In this document: positions 12,581 to 24,986 of the stretch, piece by piece | How the letters are laid out: every line of letters begins with the position of its first letter | Numbering within the stretch: position 1 is the stretch's first letter | DNA from: Monocercomonoides exilis PA203 | Taxonomy: Eukaryota; Protista; Preaxostyla | Assembly (NCBI GenBank): GCA_001643675.2 | Contig: LSRY02000036.1 | Location: forward strand, 62,001-126,000 | Direction of reading: 5' to 3' | Length of the DNA stretch: 64,000 bases | Translations under genes and position numbers: made by a program | Notes under the pieces: generated by a model | What the model was told of the DNA's origin: nothing | Databases searched by the model: none | What the model saw: only the letters and a program-made list of their open reading frames with translations

Positions 12581-14729
12581 TCAACTGTCCCTCTGCAACG
12601 ATCCAGCAAAACCAGCTGGAAAGACATGAAAAAGTTTAAAAAAACTTCGTTTTTCTGTTTCATTTTTCTTTCATTCCTTTTTATTTTTCTTTCATTCCTT
12701 TTTTCAGCGCAGAAGATTACAATAGCCAAAATCTTGAGACAGAATCAGTTCTCCGTTGTAGCACCTCAGCGAAAACGGCTTCTCTTTTCCAATCGCTCGA
12801 ACATATTCAGCAATTGCAGCTGAGTAAATCATCAAGCATTGGACCATTTAAAAAATACACATATAAAAGAAAACAAAAGAATATTAAAGAAATGAAAAAA
12901 AAAAAAAAATAAACAAAATTAATATGTTAATAATCATTCCCACAAGAAAATAATTTTGTGAATTTCAATATTAAACACCGCATCCCAAATGTCCCTCTCA
13001 CATTAAAAAAATTCATTAAAATACCTGTGCTAATCGCGTTCTGCATGAACTTGTTGATTCTTCCGCTCACCTCGCTCACCTTCCCCACCATCCGCTGCTC
13101 TATCAGAAAGAGTCGCACCTTCTCCTTCTCCTCCTTCTCCTTCTGCTGCCTCTCTTTCGCCTGCCGCTGCCGCTCCTTCTGCGCCTCGTCGCTCTGCCGC
13201 CCAATTTGCTCCATCAGCCCTTTCAGCGGGATGCTCAGCCCGTCCAAAATCGGATCGCCGCCTGACACACACAGACACAACGACGACTGCAGCTGCCCTT
13301 TCGCCTCTGTTTTGGCATCTGTCTCAGCATCGCCTGCTGCTTGGCCCAAAGACAGTTCTCCCAATGCGCCACGCTTCGATGGAGTGATTAACAGAGAAGT
13401 GTCGAAGGCAGAGGAAAGAGAAGGCTTTCCGTATGCTGATGGCAGCTTCTCTCCCAATTGCATCTTTTCTTTTTTGTTCTCTGAATTCGCTGTGACCGAT
13501 TTGTTTGTGCGGAACGGAGAAAAAGGCTCGCTTTCATTTTCAGCCCATTCGAGGCTGTCATTCTGGAAGTGCCGCCCAGGAGTTAGCCGACTCGGCAAAG
13601 GAGTGCTCAAGTTCTGTGAAAGGAAGTTTGCAAAGATCGAAGCAGGCGATGGAAGAGCAGCTGGAGATTGTATCGAAATCGGGCTGCGAAGCGAAGAAGG
13701 CCTTCTCAGAGGAGATAGAATCGCACCAACAGTCGAAGGCTTGCTGTTTGCAGGCGAAAGAAATTGAACTGAAGATAAATTTTGTTCTTGAGTCTCCAAT
13801 GTGTCTTTCCTGTTCGTTTCACTCTGTTTGCTAGATGGTATTTCTGGGCAGTAAATATCGTTTTTGATGGAATCTGAATACTTCTTCAGAACAGCATTTG
13901 ACAAGCGCGATGATTGCTTTTCATTCAACGCAAGACCGCCCATTTGCGTTTCCTTGAATTTCTTATTTGGCAAACAGATGATTCATTTGATTCACAAAAA
14001 GCAACAAGAATAGAACAAAATGAAATTTTGATTGCAAAAAACCAGTTGCAGAAACAAACAATAATGAGATTCATACCTCAAAGTCCCGCAACAGTATTTC
14101 CTGCAAAGCGCTGTGAAATCGAGTTTTCAGCTCATTTTGATCTGAATCCAATCCTGTTTGTATCCACATCATCTTCACTTTGCTTTCTGGCACTTTCTGC
14201 TTCCGAAAGCCAAATTCAACAAAAAAATCGCTTCCAGCCATTTCGCTGCTCCTGGCCAACAAATTAACCAGACAAAAAAAAAAGCAAATTCTTGAACATG
14301 TCAAAAACAAAATGGCAAACTGTCCGTCAAGTTTCTTTGTTGAAATTGCACCTGGCAAGATTGTTTTGAACTTTTCGATGATCTCTGGGGTAAGAGAGCT
14401 GCAGAGTTTAATGTTTAATTGTTTTCATGTCAAAATGAAGAAAAAAAGAAAAAATTCGCCAAACTGCTTGCAGCTCGCTTCAACGGGCTTTTTCAGCTCT
14501 GAAAACTTCACATGCGGGGCAAACACATTGTGTGATATCCTCCATTGCAGCTGATATTGCAACACAGATCCAAACAGTATTTCCAATGTTTTGAAACTGA
14601 AGCACAGACACAGCGCAATTGAAACAAATAAAAGCTTCTATTTTAAATAAGCGCATTCTAATACCTTTTAGGAAATGGTATGACTGGGCCATCTGTTGTT
14701 TCTTTTCCTTCAGACTTCGAAGAATCCAT
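12581..14729 (-). CDS. CDT1: Divergent Cdt1-like DNA replication licensing factor, 7 exons
   Basis: GT-AG introns 14664-14597, 14464-14399, 14320-14252, 14076-13962, 13024-12820 and about 12720-12616 are all phase compatible. The N-terminus reads MDSSK...IPFPKSFKTLEILFGSVL...KFSELKKPVEASCKHSLTPEIIEKFKTILPGAI, matching the Cdt1 winged-helix pattern LPxKYxxLxExF...TFxxLKxxVE...IKxIxPxA. A later LKGLMEQI segment resembles the Cdt1 C-terminal linker. Confidence 0.6.
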
Positions 14730-16509
14730 TTCAAAATAGAAATTTGAAATGAATGCCTGGATTACGGATTAGATCATTTAGATCAAATACTTTATAAACA
14801 AATATTCATTATTATTCAATCACAAATAGTTCATGATTGTAAATACTTTGAGTTATCTGAAAAAATAAAATTGTGACATTTTTTTTTTGAATTAATGGTC
14901 GTCCAATCATTTTATTTGAAACAATTTGAATAAATTTTTAAATTAATCCAAACGCTCTATCTTCAAAACAATTCCATCTTTTAGAAAAGATGAATTTGCA
15001 AATACAAATAAATTCATGATTCAGTCAATTATTAAAAATACGTCTTTATGAGAAAATGTTGTGGAACAAGTATTCATTTGCTTTCATTGTAAAGAAAAAA
15101 TCGATTTCTTTTTTGTCACAAAAGAATGCATGCTTTTGTATGCAATATAACAAACAGTACTTCTGCTCCTTTTGCTTTTGTTCTGAATTTTGAAAATTGT
15201 TGCTGCTTGGAAAGTTCTGCTTGACAAGTTTATTGGAGAAGAGAGGTTTGAAGTTAATTGATAATAAAGTTTTTTTTTTGAAATTTCGAATATTGTTGAT
15301 ATGCATTGTTTTCAGCGCAGTAGATGGAAATTAATGAAAATGAATGAAAGCTGGATATCTCGTTATGAAGGGTGACCAACGAGTTGGGAGAGCGAATTCA
15401 AACGAAAAGTGCCCAGGGTGAAGGAATTGGGAAGGGAATTGGAGATGATATTTTTTGATGAAAAACAGGATATTTTTCAATGATGAGGGTGGAATTTGAG
15501 CAAAATGCATAAATTTCACATTTTTCAGAAGAGCAAGAAATCGATGCACTTGATGGAGAAACAATTGATGGAAAGGATGATTTGCGAATCAAAAGATGAG
15601 GAACTTGAAAACGGAAGGAATAGTGAAATGAAATTAAGAAAGCTGGTGTCAATGGAATAAAATATAGATATTGACTTTTAAATTTATTCTGAAGGTTTGT
15701 TATTGTTATTTATTTTGAAGTGATTATTGTTTTTTCATTTAGGTTGCTGAAAAAGCGAAATATAAGATGACTTTGAAGATGATAGAGAAGACATTTAATT
15801 TTCACAACAGCAACTCAGATGGACAAATTCTTAGAACTTCAATTTGGATGGCGTAAGACAACTTTTTTGAGAGGGCCTTTCATTTTTTTGTTTGTGAACC
15901 CAGATCAACTCTGGTGAGAAGACAAAGGGATGAAAAAAGCGAATAAAAATTGCATGTTCAGCTGAATCGACAGGAAAACGTTGTGAAAATACATCAGTCG
16001 AAGATTTATCTGCATCGAAGTCATTCCATCTGTTAGTGCACCAGTTGCATCAGAAACATTTCAATGGCCAATGGATGTTTCATTCAACAATAAAATGTTT
16101 TTACTGAAAGTACTGTTAATTTTGGCGGTTCTTGTTTTGCCGAATATTCTGCTGGAAATGCTGCTGACTTCTTCTTCTTTGGTTCAAATTCACCACAAGC
16201 CACGCCAACAGAGAGAGAGAAAGAGAGAGAGAAATTTTATTCACAACATCTGCTCATCTTCTTCTTCATATTTTATTGCCAATTGCCGTATTTAACTATC
16301 TTCTTCAGCTTCATCTTCATCTTCCGCCTTCTTTGAGATACGAAATGAGCGTAAATTGAGTGAATTTGCACAAAGTCCATTCATTTTGAGCATTACTCGA
16401 AAAGACATCGCTTTTGGAGATTCTTTTATTGGAAAACATTTCTGACCTTCACATCAACAAAGATGAATGAAACAAAGAGAAGATGGCTAAAGATTAACAA
16501 AGTAACACA

Positions 16510-16866
16510 GTGAAGACTAGGAAATCAGCCCAATCGAAAAGAGAGACAAGTCACTTTCACAGAAACGCGTCTGAATCTTCTTCTTCTTTTTCTTCTTCTT
16601 CTTCTTCTTCTTCTTCTTCTCCTTCTTCTTCTTCTTCTCCTTCTCCTTCTCCTTCTCCTTCTCCTTCTTCTTCTTCCTCTTCCTCTTTTTCCTCCTCCTC
16701 CTCCTCTTCTTCTTCTTCTTCTTCTTCTTCTTCTTCTTCGTCTTCTTCTTCTTCTTCATATTCTTCTTCTTCTTCTTCTTCTTCTTCTTCTTCTTCTTCT
16801 TCTCCTTCTCTTTCTCCTCCTTCTTCTTCTTTTTCACCTTTTTCTTCTTCTCCTTCGTATTTTTCT

Positions 16867-16898
<32 letters not shown>

Positions 16899-17910
16899 CT
16901 CTTCATCGTTATCATCTTCAGCTGCAATGCCTGCTAATTTCATTTGGCTGAGCTACGAACAAGACGAGCTCTTCAAACACAACTTCGATGAACGGTACAA
17001 GATATTCTATATGCACATTGATCCTTCAATGCTGGTTGAGATTATGTTGAAACAGAAAGAGAAGGAAGAGAAGGAAGAGAAGAAGAAAAAGATCAAAAAA
17101 GAAGAAGTTAGAGAGAGAAAGTTATATTTCTATTTCTTCTTCTTCTTCTTCTTCTTCTTCAATTTTTAGAGAAGGAGGAATGATTATAAAATATATTCAA
17201 TCAACAGAAGAAGAAGAGAAGGAAGAGAAGGAAGGGACGGGAAAAGCACAGCTTTTTGTGCACATTCCAGTTGATAACAGAAATGTGGAGGTGGAAAAAG
17301 AAAAGTAAGAGGGAAAGAGGGAAGATGAGAGCGAAGGTATTTTTGTGACAACAGCAACAGAAACAGAAACAACAGAAAGTGAACGATGTTGGAGCAAAGC
17401 AAGGGACATTCAGAAGGGAATGACAGATTCAAAATGATGTGAGGCGCCCGACTTTGTTTTTTGTCAAAGAAGCTGCGATGCCCCAGCCTTTGCTTTCTCT
17501 CAGCCACACACAAGCACAGCCAGTTCAGCTGCAAAAGACGGCTCAGCTCAACAAACTGCAAAGGAAAGCAATCAACTCGCTGCTTTCTGCTCTCCAAAAA
17601 GACATGTGTGACATGTGTGACATCCGCAGTGTCTGTTCCATTGCATCTGCTTTTTCCTTTCTCCTTCGGAATGGACGATGAATTGGATGGTCTGTTTCTG
17701 TCGATGCTTCACTCGCCTTCTTCTGCTGGCTCAACAGTCTTGCAGCTGCATCAGATGTTGCTGTGTATTCAATCGCATTCTGCTGCCTTTTTTGTTCATT
17801 CAGGATTGACACACGACGTGGCAGGCAGAACAGAACAGGACAGCTCAGATTGTTTTGGCACTCACAATTTGGCAAAGGAAAAAATTCTCAATCAATCCAT
17901 ATTTTTTTAA
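16510..17910 (+). pseudogene. Fragmented low-complexity (poly-Ser) coding-like relic of unknown family
   Basis: A (TCT)n tract at 16576-16920 and short broken ORFs with no recognisable domain. Confidence 0.3.
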
Positions 17911-18626
17911 TTCAGAAGGGGAAGGAATAATTGTTGAAAAGGAACTTTTTTTTGTTATTTTTGACATGCATTTCAATTTTTATCATTTTATTTTATTTTC
18001 CATGAAAAAGAGGATGGAAATGAGTCAATGAGAAGGACAAATTATTTTCATCTGAATGAATTTTGAGTTTATTTTATTTTATTTTTAATTTTATTTTATT
18101 TGAAAAATGAACAGGCTGACGAAAAGTGTTTGTGCAATGGAATTCTGTCTGTGGAAAAGCTTGTTTAAAAAGAAATTGTTTTGCAATAAATAAATAAATA
18201 AATGCAAACACTGCTTTCACAGATTATTTGGGAAATAAAAATGAAAACGAAAAAGACTCAACAGAAAGAGAATGAATGCTTTTGAATAATTCTTGCGTCA
18301 CAATTCATAGAAACATCAACAAAAATAACCAAAATCGACAAATTACAGTGTTGATTTCTCTTTCAAAAAGCTTTCAAAATCAAAATGAAACAAATAAATC
18401 TCCAATAAATAACAGAATTGTCACAGATGTTTCCAAGGCACCTGCCAATATAAAAAAATAAATAAATAAATAATAAATAAAATAAAATTTGATAGAGGAA
18501 TAACAAAAGAAATCTTTGTAACTCTCACAATTTACGATTAAAAGTCTGAATAAAAAAAAAAGAGAGAGAGAGAATAAAATAAAATAAAATAAATGAATGA
18601 ACAAAATGATATAAACACATGATTCA

Positions 18627-20008
18627 TCACCAAAGATAATAATCTTCAATGTTTTTAATCAACAAATGGTCGCCAAATATCCCAACAGTTTTAAAATAGC
18701 GCATCTTGACAATGCAATCTTCATATCCTTCCTCTTCCATCTTTTCAATCACTTTTTTTTTCGTCTCTTTTCGTTTTGCCTTTTCACTTTCATTTTCACT
18801 TTCTCCTTCTCTTTCACTCTCCATCTTCTCATTCAATCTTTCACAGACATTCTTGAAAAAGCGCTCGCAATCATCAATTATCAAAAACTTTTCATTTGAA
18901 CTGTTCATTTTCGAAAAAACAACTTCGGCTGCACCATTTTTCAGCAGATCATAAATATTCACAGCTCTGTTAAATGTTGCCCATGTCAATGTATCAACAC
19001 ACGTATCACAAACTTCTCTGTCACATTCATTTCCTGCTCGAAATATCTGAACAATGTCCCTGACAAGCTCAACATGCTCTTCACCCCACAAATCGCATGA
19101 GTAAAAATAAGACTGCAACACTCTCACCCACCTCTTTATTATCATCGTTTCTTCTTTATCTTTCCCTCTTTTGTCTTCATCTTTAATCTTCCAATCCACA
19201 CTTCTTGTCAGCTCTTTCAATTCTCTTGTTGCTTCCTTCACAAAATGCAGATCAATCACGAAAATATCTTCCAAATTTTTGTTTTTATGTAATCTGTTGA
19301 TCAAAAACTCCCAAGCCGACTGGTAAGCAAGGCGAGTAAGATTTTCATGCTCTTGATGATACTGTATGATTTTTATCATTTCCATAAAATACAATTCTTC
19401 TGGAACATCCTGAAAAAAAAAAGAGAGAGAATAAATAAAAAATAAAATGAAGTTGGCGGTTCTCATACACTATATTCTCCAATGTAACTTAACGCAAAGA
19501 AAGCCATTTCCACCTCTTTATGAATTTCCTCGCTTTCCTCCTTGTTTAATGCAGCTATCAAAAGACAACGCACACAAATCACTAGCAGATCATCGCTGAT
19601 CGTTTCATATGCTAAGAGCCAAAAAATATAGCATTCACAAAGATCAGTCAAAAGTTTCTCATCCTTTCCCTCTATTTTCTTTCCCTCTTCAGCAATCATC
19701 CTCTCAAATCTTTTCTTCAAGGAATCATCCGTAAAAATTTGGCGGTCTCTAAATTCTTTCGCATTCTCGAATCCAGCATGCTTCAATAACATTAGGGCTT
19801 TTTCAAAAGGACACTGTTTTAATTCTATCAATTTGTAATCTTCATCGAATTCTTCTTTCGAGAAAAATAGCTTCAATTCTTCTTTTTCCATATTCTTCAG
19901 CATTTTATTCATCTCTTCTCTCATCAGACTTTGTTCTTCTTCAGCAGAATCCATTTCTGAAAACATTTCTTTTGTTAGAGAATTTGTTGATTCGCAACTC
20001 TTTATCAT
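18627..20008 (-). CDS. Member of a lineage-expanded helical 'LTRLAYQSAW' family, 2 exons
   Basis: Phase-0 intron 19468-19410 (GTATGA...CAG). Motifs DEKLLTDLCECY, KEVEMA, LTRLAYQSAWEFL and MEEEGYED. Close paralogue at 41206-42531. Confidence 0.8.
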
Positions 20009-20999
20009 ATTTAAAACAGAGCTCAATTAATGGGCTTTGTCGATCATTTTAATTAAACGATCAGAGCTGCTTGTTGATATGGAAAATAATCCAAAATGTT
20101 TGACAAATAATATTGAAAATCGAAATTTATTTATTCTTAATTTTGAATCCAAAAACTTGTCAATTATTGTTTTTTGTGAAAAAAAAATAATTGAAAATAT
20201 TTTGTTGTTGAATGAGGAATATTTACAGATAATAAGGAACATTCTGCTTTTCTTTTCATTCATTTTTACGTTTTCACCAAAAGATCATCTTTTAAAACAC
20301 AAATAACAAAAAAAATCAAAGTTTTAATTCTTTGACATATCCAATTATTCAAAATGAACACATAATTCACTTTTCTATTTGTAATTTAAATAATAAAAAA
20401 CCATTCCTTGTTTATTTTTTGAGAGAAAAGAATATTTTTATTCAAATTAAAAAAATAGTGTGAAAATATCAAAAGAAATAATTACAAACGCATAAAAAAA
20501 GATAAAATGAAAGATGACAAACATGTTGAACAAAACTTTTCGAAGAAAAAATGATGAAAGAATTTGAAAGATGTATTTGTTTGAAATTTTGTATTTTTCA
20601 ATAGAAAAAGCAATGTTTTTTTTTCTTTCTTCTTCAGCTGAAACTTCATTTCAAAGTCTTCAATCCAACTATGTGCCAAAATGCATCAGAAAACAATGCA
20701 TGAAATGTCAGGGAGACAACAGGAAATAGAAACAATAAAAGCATAAATTTCATTTATCTTTCTCAATTGTCATGATATCAAATCTATCTTGCTTCCTTTT
20801 CCATCAACAGCTCTTTTTCATTCATCTTTACACTCCAAAATTATTCGAATCCCTTTTCTGTTTATTATTAATCAGAAATCACTTCCAAGACACGTGAAGT
20901 CTTCTCTTCACTCCATCTGAATAAACTCTTCTTTCTTCATTATCCACATTTTCTTCTTTTGCACAAAAAACTCCCTCATTTCTCTTCCCTCATTCACTT

Positions 21000-21610
21000 G
21001 TCTCTCCCTTTCCATCAGCAACTGCACCATCACCAACATCAACTCAGAACAGTTGAGCCAACAGACTGCCACAGATGGCGGGTGCATCTCATTCGCCTCA
21101 TCTGCCCCTGCCAACTCCTTTTCAGTGAGGGACACAACCTTCTCCACCTGCTCTGTGAGCGAGGATACAAGTTCTGGAGGAAGAGGCGGTGCTCTCATGA
21201 TCGAGTACAAGGATGATTCACAAGTGTCAGAATCCTCCATTTCCATTACCAATATCATGTTTTCAGCTAACAAGGCGAGTGTCGGAAGAGATATGTATTT
21301 TGTATGTAAGTCCTTTGTTGCTTCTGTGAACAAATCTTCCTTCGCTTTGATTAAAAGCATCACCCAGAAGAATAACTTTGTTGTTAAACATGATAGAACA
21401 GAGTCATTCGGTGATTGGAATGTCGATCTGTTTATATTTCTCGACGGGCATACAGCTGACAATGAATACGTGGATGGTCATCTTGACATCAAAGCAATGT
21501 ATTGCGAGTTGGAAAAGACTCTCTACAAGAGCACGCGCAATGTGATGTGTCTTCTGAAGAAGGTGCAGATCATAAGGCAGAAATCATTTCATCAGCTGAC
21601 TTGTCGGTGA
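21000..21610 (+). pseudogene. Fragment of a beta-helix (pectin lyase-like) surface-protein family gene
   Basis: GGCISF, FSTCSV, GRGGALMI and FSANKASVGRDMYFVC motifs; no clear start or continuation. Confidence 0.5.
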
Positions 21611-23351
21611 ATTTATATGCAAACGATAGCAAAGTCGAAGATATTTGAAGAGAAGGCACAAACACAAAATATAAGAAATTGACTCAAAAACACTTTTGAT
21701 GGATTAATCATTTCATGTGTGTAAATTTGGATGCTTCATAGAATTTTCTGTTAAATATGCCTTTTCAAATAAATAAGTTTCCCTCATCGTTTCATCTTCT
21801 CCGACATATTGAAGGCGTGTGACGTTGTGTAACCTGCCGAACGCTATTTTTGAGCTCATTCATTTCATAAAAGAATTGCTCTAATACTCTTTCTTTTTAA
21901 TCTGCGCCTCTTTCAGCTTCCAAATAAAAAAAGGCAAAATCGTCCTCCTTTTTTGAGTTCGCTCCGACTGATCAGCTTTTTTCGACTCGAAATCACCTCT
22001 ATTGCTATTTAAATTTGGCTACATTTTGTAATAGAATGAATAATCCTTTTGTGCTTCCGAAAAGAAAATAAAAGACGAGGCTTATCCCTGAATTTGACGA
22101 AAGTTGAATGAAACGAATACAAAATCATTTTTTGTTGCTCATCGAATAAGGTGTTAAAGAAAAAAAAAGAAATATATGAAATGAAATAAATTCGTTCAAA
22201 TCTCCTTTTTTTATCCAATCACACTAATAATGAATGAAAAATGAAATAAAGATTCCTTTTATAACTGACCATGGAGAAGAAATGAGAATGAAAGAATATT
22301 TGATTCATTTAAGAAGCTTTGTTGATTGAAATCCACAAATGAATCAGAAGGTTGATAGTCTGCAAGAACAAAAAGTTAGAGGAATTGTCAAAGATGTTTA
22401 AAAAAAAAAAAGAAGGCAAGGTGATGGAGTATTTCATTAATAATCCAATGGAATTTGTGAAGTGAATGATTCAAAGGCTTAATGCGATGACGTTGAAAAA
22501 ATGAAAATGTCTCATCTGAATTATTCAGTTCAAGTTGACTTGAAAATCGGAATCCAAATATTGTGTTTGATAATTTGTAATGAATCAATGAAGATTGACA
22601 TCTGTTTCTCATTGGCTGACTTTGAATAATAATCTTGACTTTTTAAAAAGAGAAAAATGATGTTTATCCTTTTGAGTTGACGATACAAACGAACAAAACA
22701 TCATTTGAGGATATTGGAAAAAAAAATATGAAAAAAAAAGGTTGGGATGAAGAAGAAGAAGAGGTAGAGCAACAGCTTGTAATGCGGAGGGACTTCTGTG
22801 TGAGTGAACAAAAGTCTGTGGCGGGAGATGAATTGAAAAGGGCTTCAGTGGAGTTCCAACAAAAAAAGAAGAGGCAGACAATTGAGAGTGTGGTTAGGAA
22901 GAAAAAGGAGAGGTAATAATTGTCGAAGAGGCTGTGATGTTTTGAGTGTGCAACTAAGTGGATGAGAATGAACTGTCGAATGAGTTGAATGTCTGCAGTT
23001 GTTCATCATCATTTTCATCGTCTCCTTCTTTTCTTCCCATGTCCCTCCTTCTCCTTTCTGTTGCTGCATGTGCAAGTTTTGTACCGAAAGAGTCAATTTG
23101 CGATGTGCAAAACTCGTCTTTATCCTTCGTCTTCGTCTTCGCTTTTTGCTCTTCCTGTTGTCTCCCTTTCCTCTGCTCTGTACTCGATTTGCTTCTGAAA
23201 TCCACATTCTTTGCCTCCTCCATTTGAACACATCCTCCATGTTCCTTTTAAGTACCATAAAACAAGAGGATGAATGCAATGAACATGGCAGTGCCTTCTT
23301 CCTTCCACACGAATTCACACCATTCGGCACAAAAGCAACGTGGTAACCTTT

Positions 23352-24340
23352 CTAAGTGCTGAAGCAGAGCGGAATGTACCTCTGTTGAAGAGGAAAACAG
23401 TTCAAATGCACATTCAGCGAAGCTCCATAAGGCATTAATGGAGATGATAATGCTGCTGCTGACAATGACGACGAAGAAGAATAAGAATGGGAAGGAGAAG
23501 AAGAAGAAGAGGGAAATGAACAGGGCGATCTGTTTGAAGATAGAGAAATCTGCGGGATCTGAACAGATCCTGATATTCCATCTCTGACAGCTGAAAGAGA
23601 AGTGTCTGTCTTGTCTTGCTCAGCCAATGAGCTGCATATGCAATCAGAGCGAATTCGTAAAGATAGCAGGAAAGCTGCAGTCTTTTGCTGTGTGTTTCGT
23701 GTAGCTTCCAAAGCAATTGAACAAATACTCTTGGCTTGGGTTTCTTATTGTGTTTAAATCGATGCTCACATTGCATGCCACCAATTGACCGCTTGCCACA
23801 CTCATTCCACACAGATTGATTGTGTCACTTCCACCCACCCCAACATTCCGATCTTTCATCTCGACACTCGGCCAATCCTTCTTTTCTGTATGTTGGTAAC
23901 CATTATTATAACGGCACACTCTCGTATCATTGCTATTCGTTGAATATTATTCGTAGAACGGATTGTTGGATGAAAAAAGTTTATTTCCATCAGAAAAATA
24001 CACATCATGACCAAATGGAGTTGAGTTAGTGCATCAACGATCGTGGAAGAAAAAGAAATAACAATAAATGTAGTTACTTGGAGCTATTTGTTGGTATGAA
24101 TTTAAATACAATCCTCCTCCATATGCAGTTGCTGAACAAGAAATAAATTGAATGCTCCTCATTACGAATGCTATTGGAATATTTAAACAGCGCATTTCTC
24201 CTGTATTTCAACCTGCAAGTGATAGTCCCGTGAATAAGCTCTCGAACATACAAGCACTCTTTCCTTTGTCTTTTTCCGTTCCAATAAAGCTTTCAAAACC
24301 TGAAATTTTCCGGGAAGAATTCCTTTTGGCAAACTGATTT
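23352..24340 (-). pseudogene. Decayed beta-helix family fragment
   Basis: The minus strand gives FISCSATAYGGGLY near 24110-24150 and VGVGGSDTINLCG; several stops and frameshifts. Confidence 0.4.
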
Positions 24341-24986
24341 GAATGATGATTTTTTCGCAATTCTTGGAATATGTCCAATGAATAATTAGTTGACTTATTT
24401 TCCTTTCATTCTTTTATTATCTCTTTTTCCTTCATTGAGTAATATTCAGCCTATACTGCATGTTAACGTTCCACATTCATATTTTTGAAAATATAGCCTT
24501 TTCGATTTGTAGTATTTCATGCAATTTCATTCGATCTCAAATGCTGTTATTCAGGACAACAGATTAACACTTTTTAATTTATGACCATAACTGTTAAACA
24601 AAAATTTTCAGAATTGAACATTCACGAAAAAATATTGTTTATTTTACAAAATATGTTCTGTTTTTTCAGAACATTCGAGTTGACAAAAAGGATCATAAAA
24701 ATTTTTGTTCATGGATTAATTGGAATAAACTAGGTCTTTCTGGAATAAATTTTTTCAATTCGAATAAACTGGCGTTATCTGGAATAAACTTTGTTTATTC
24801 GAATTATTATTTTTATTTCAATAAAATTTTCTTTATCCAATTCCATCTAATTAACTTTTGATTTTTCAAATTCGAAATATTGGGAAAACCCATTACAAAA
24901 CATATTTATTGAAAGATCAAACATATTTGTTGAATTACTTGTTTTCAAGCAATAAGCAATTGCAGTTCACATAAAATAGCAAGGAA

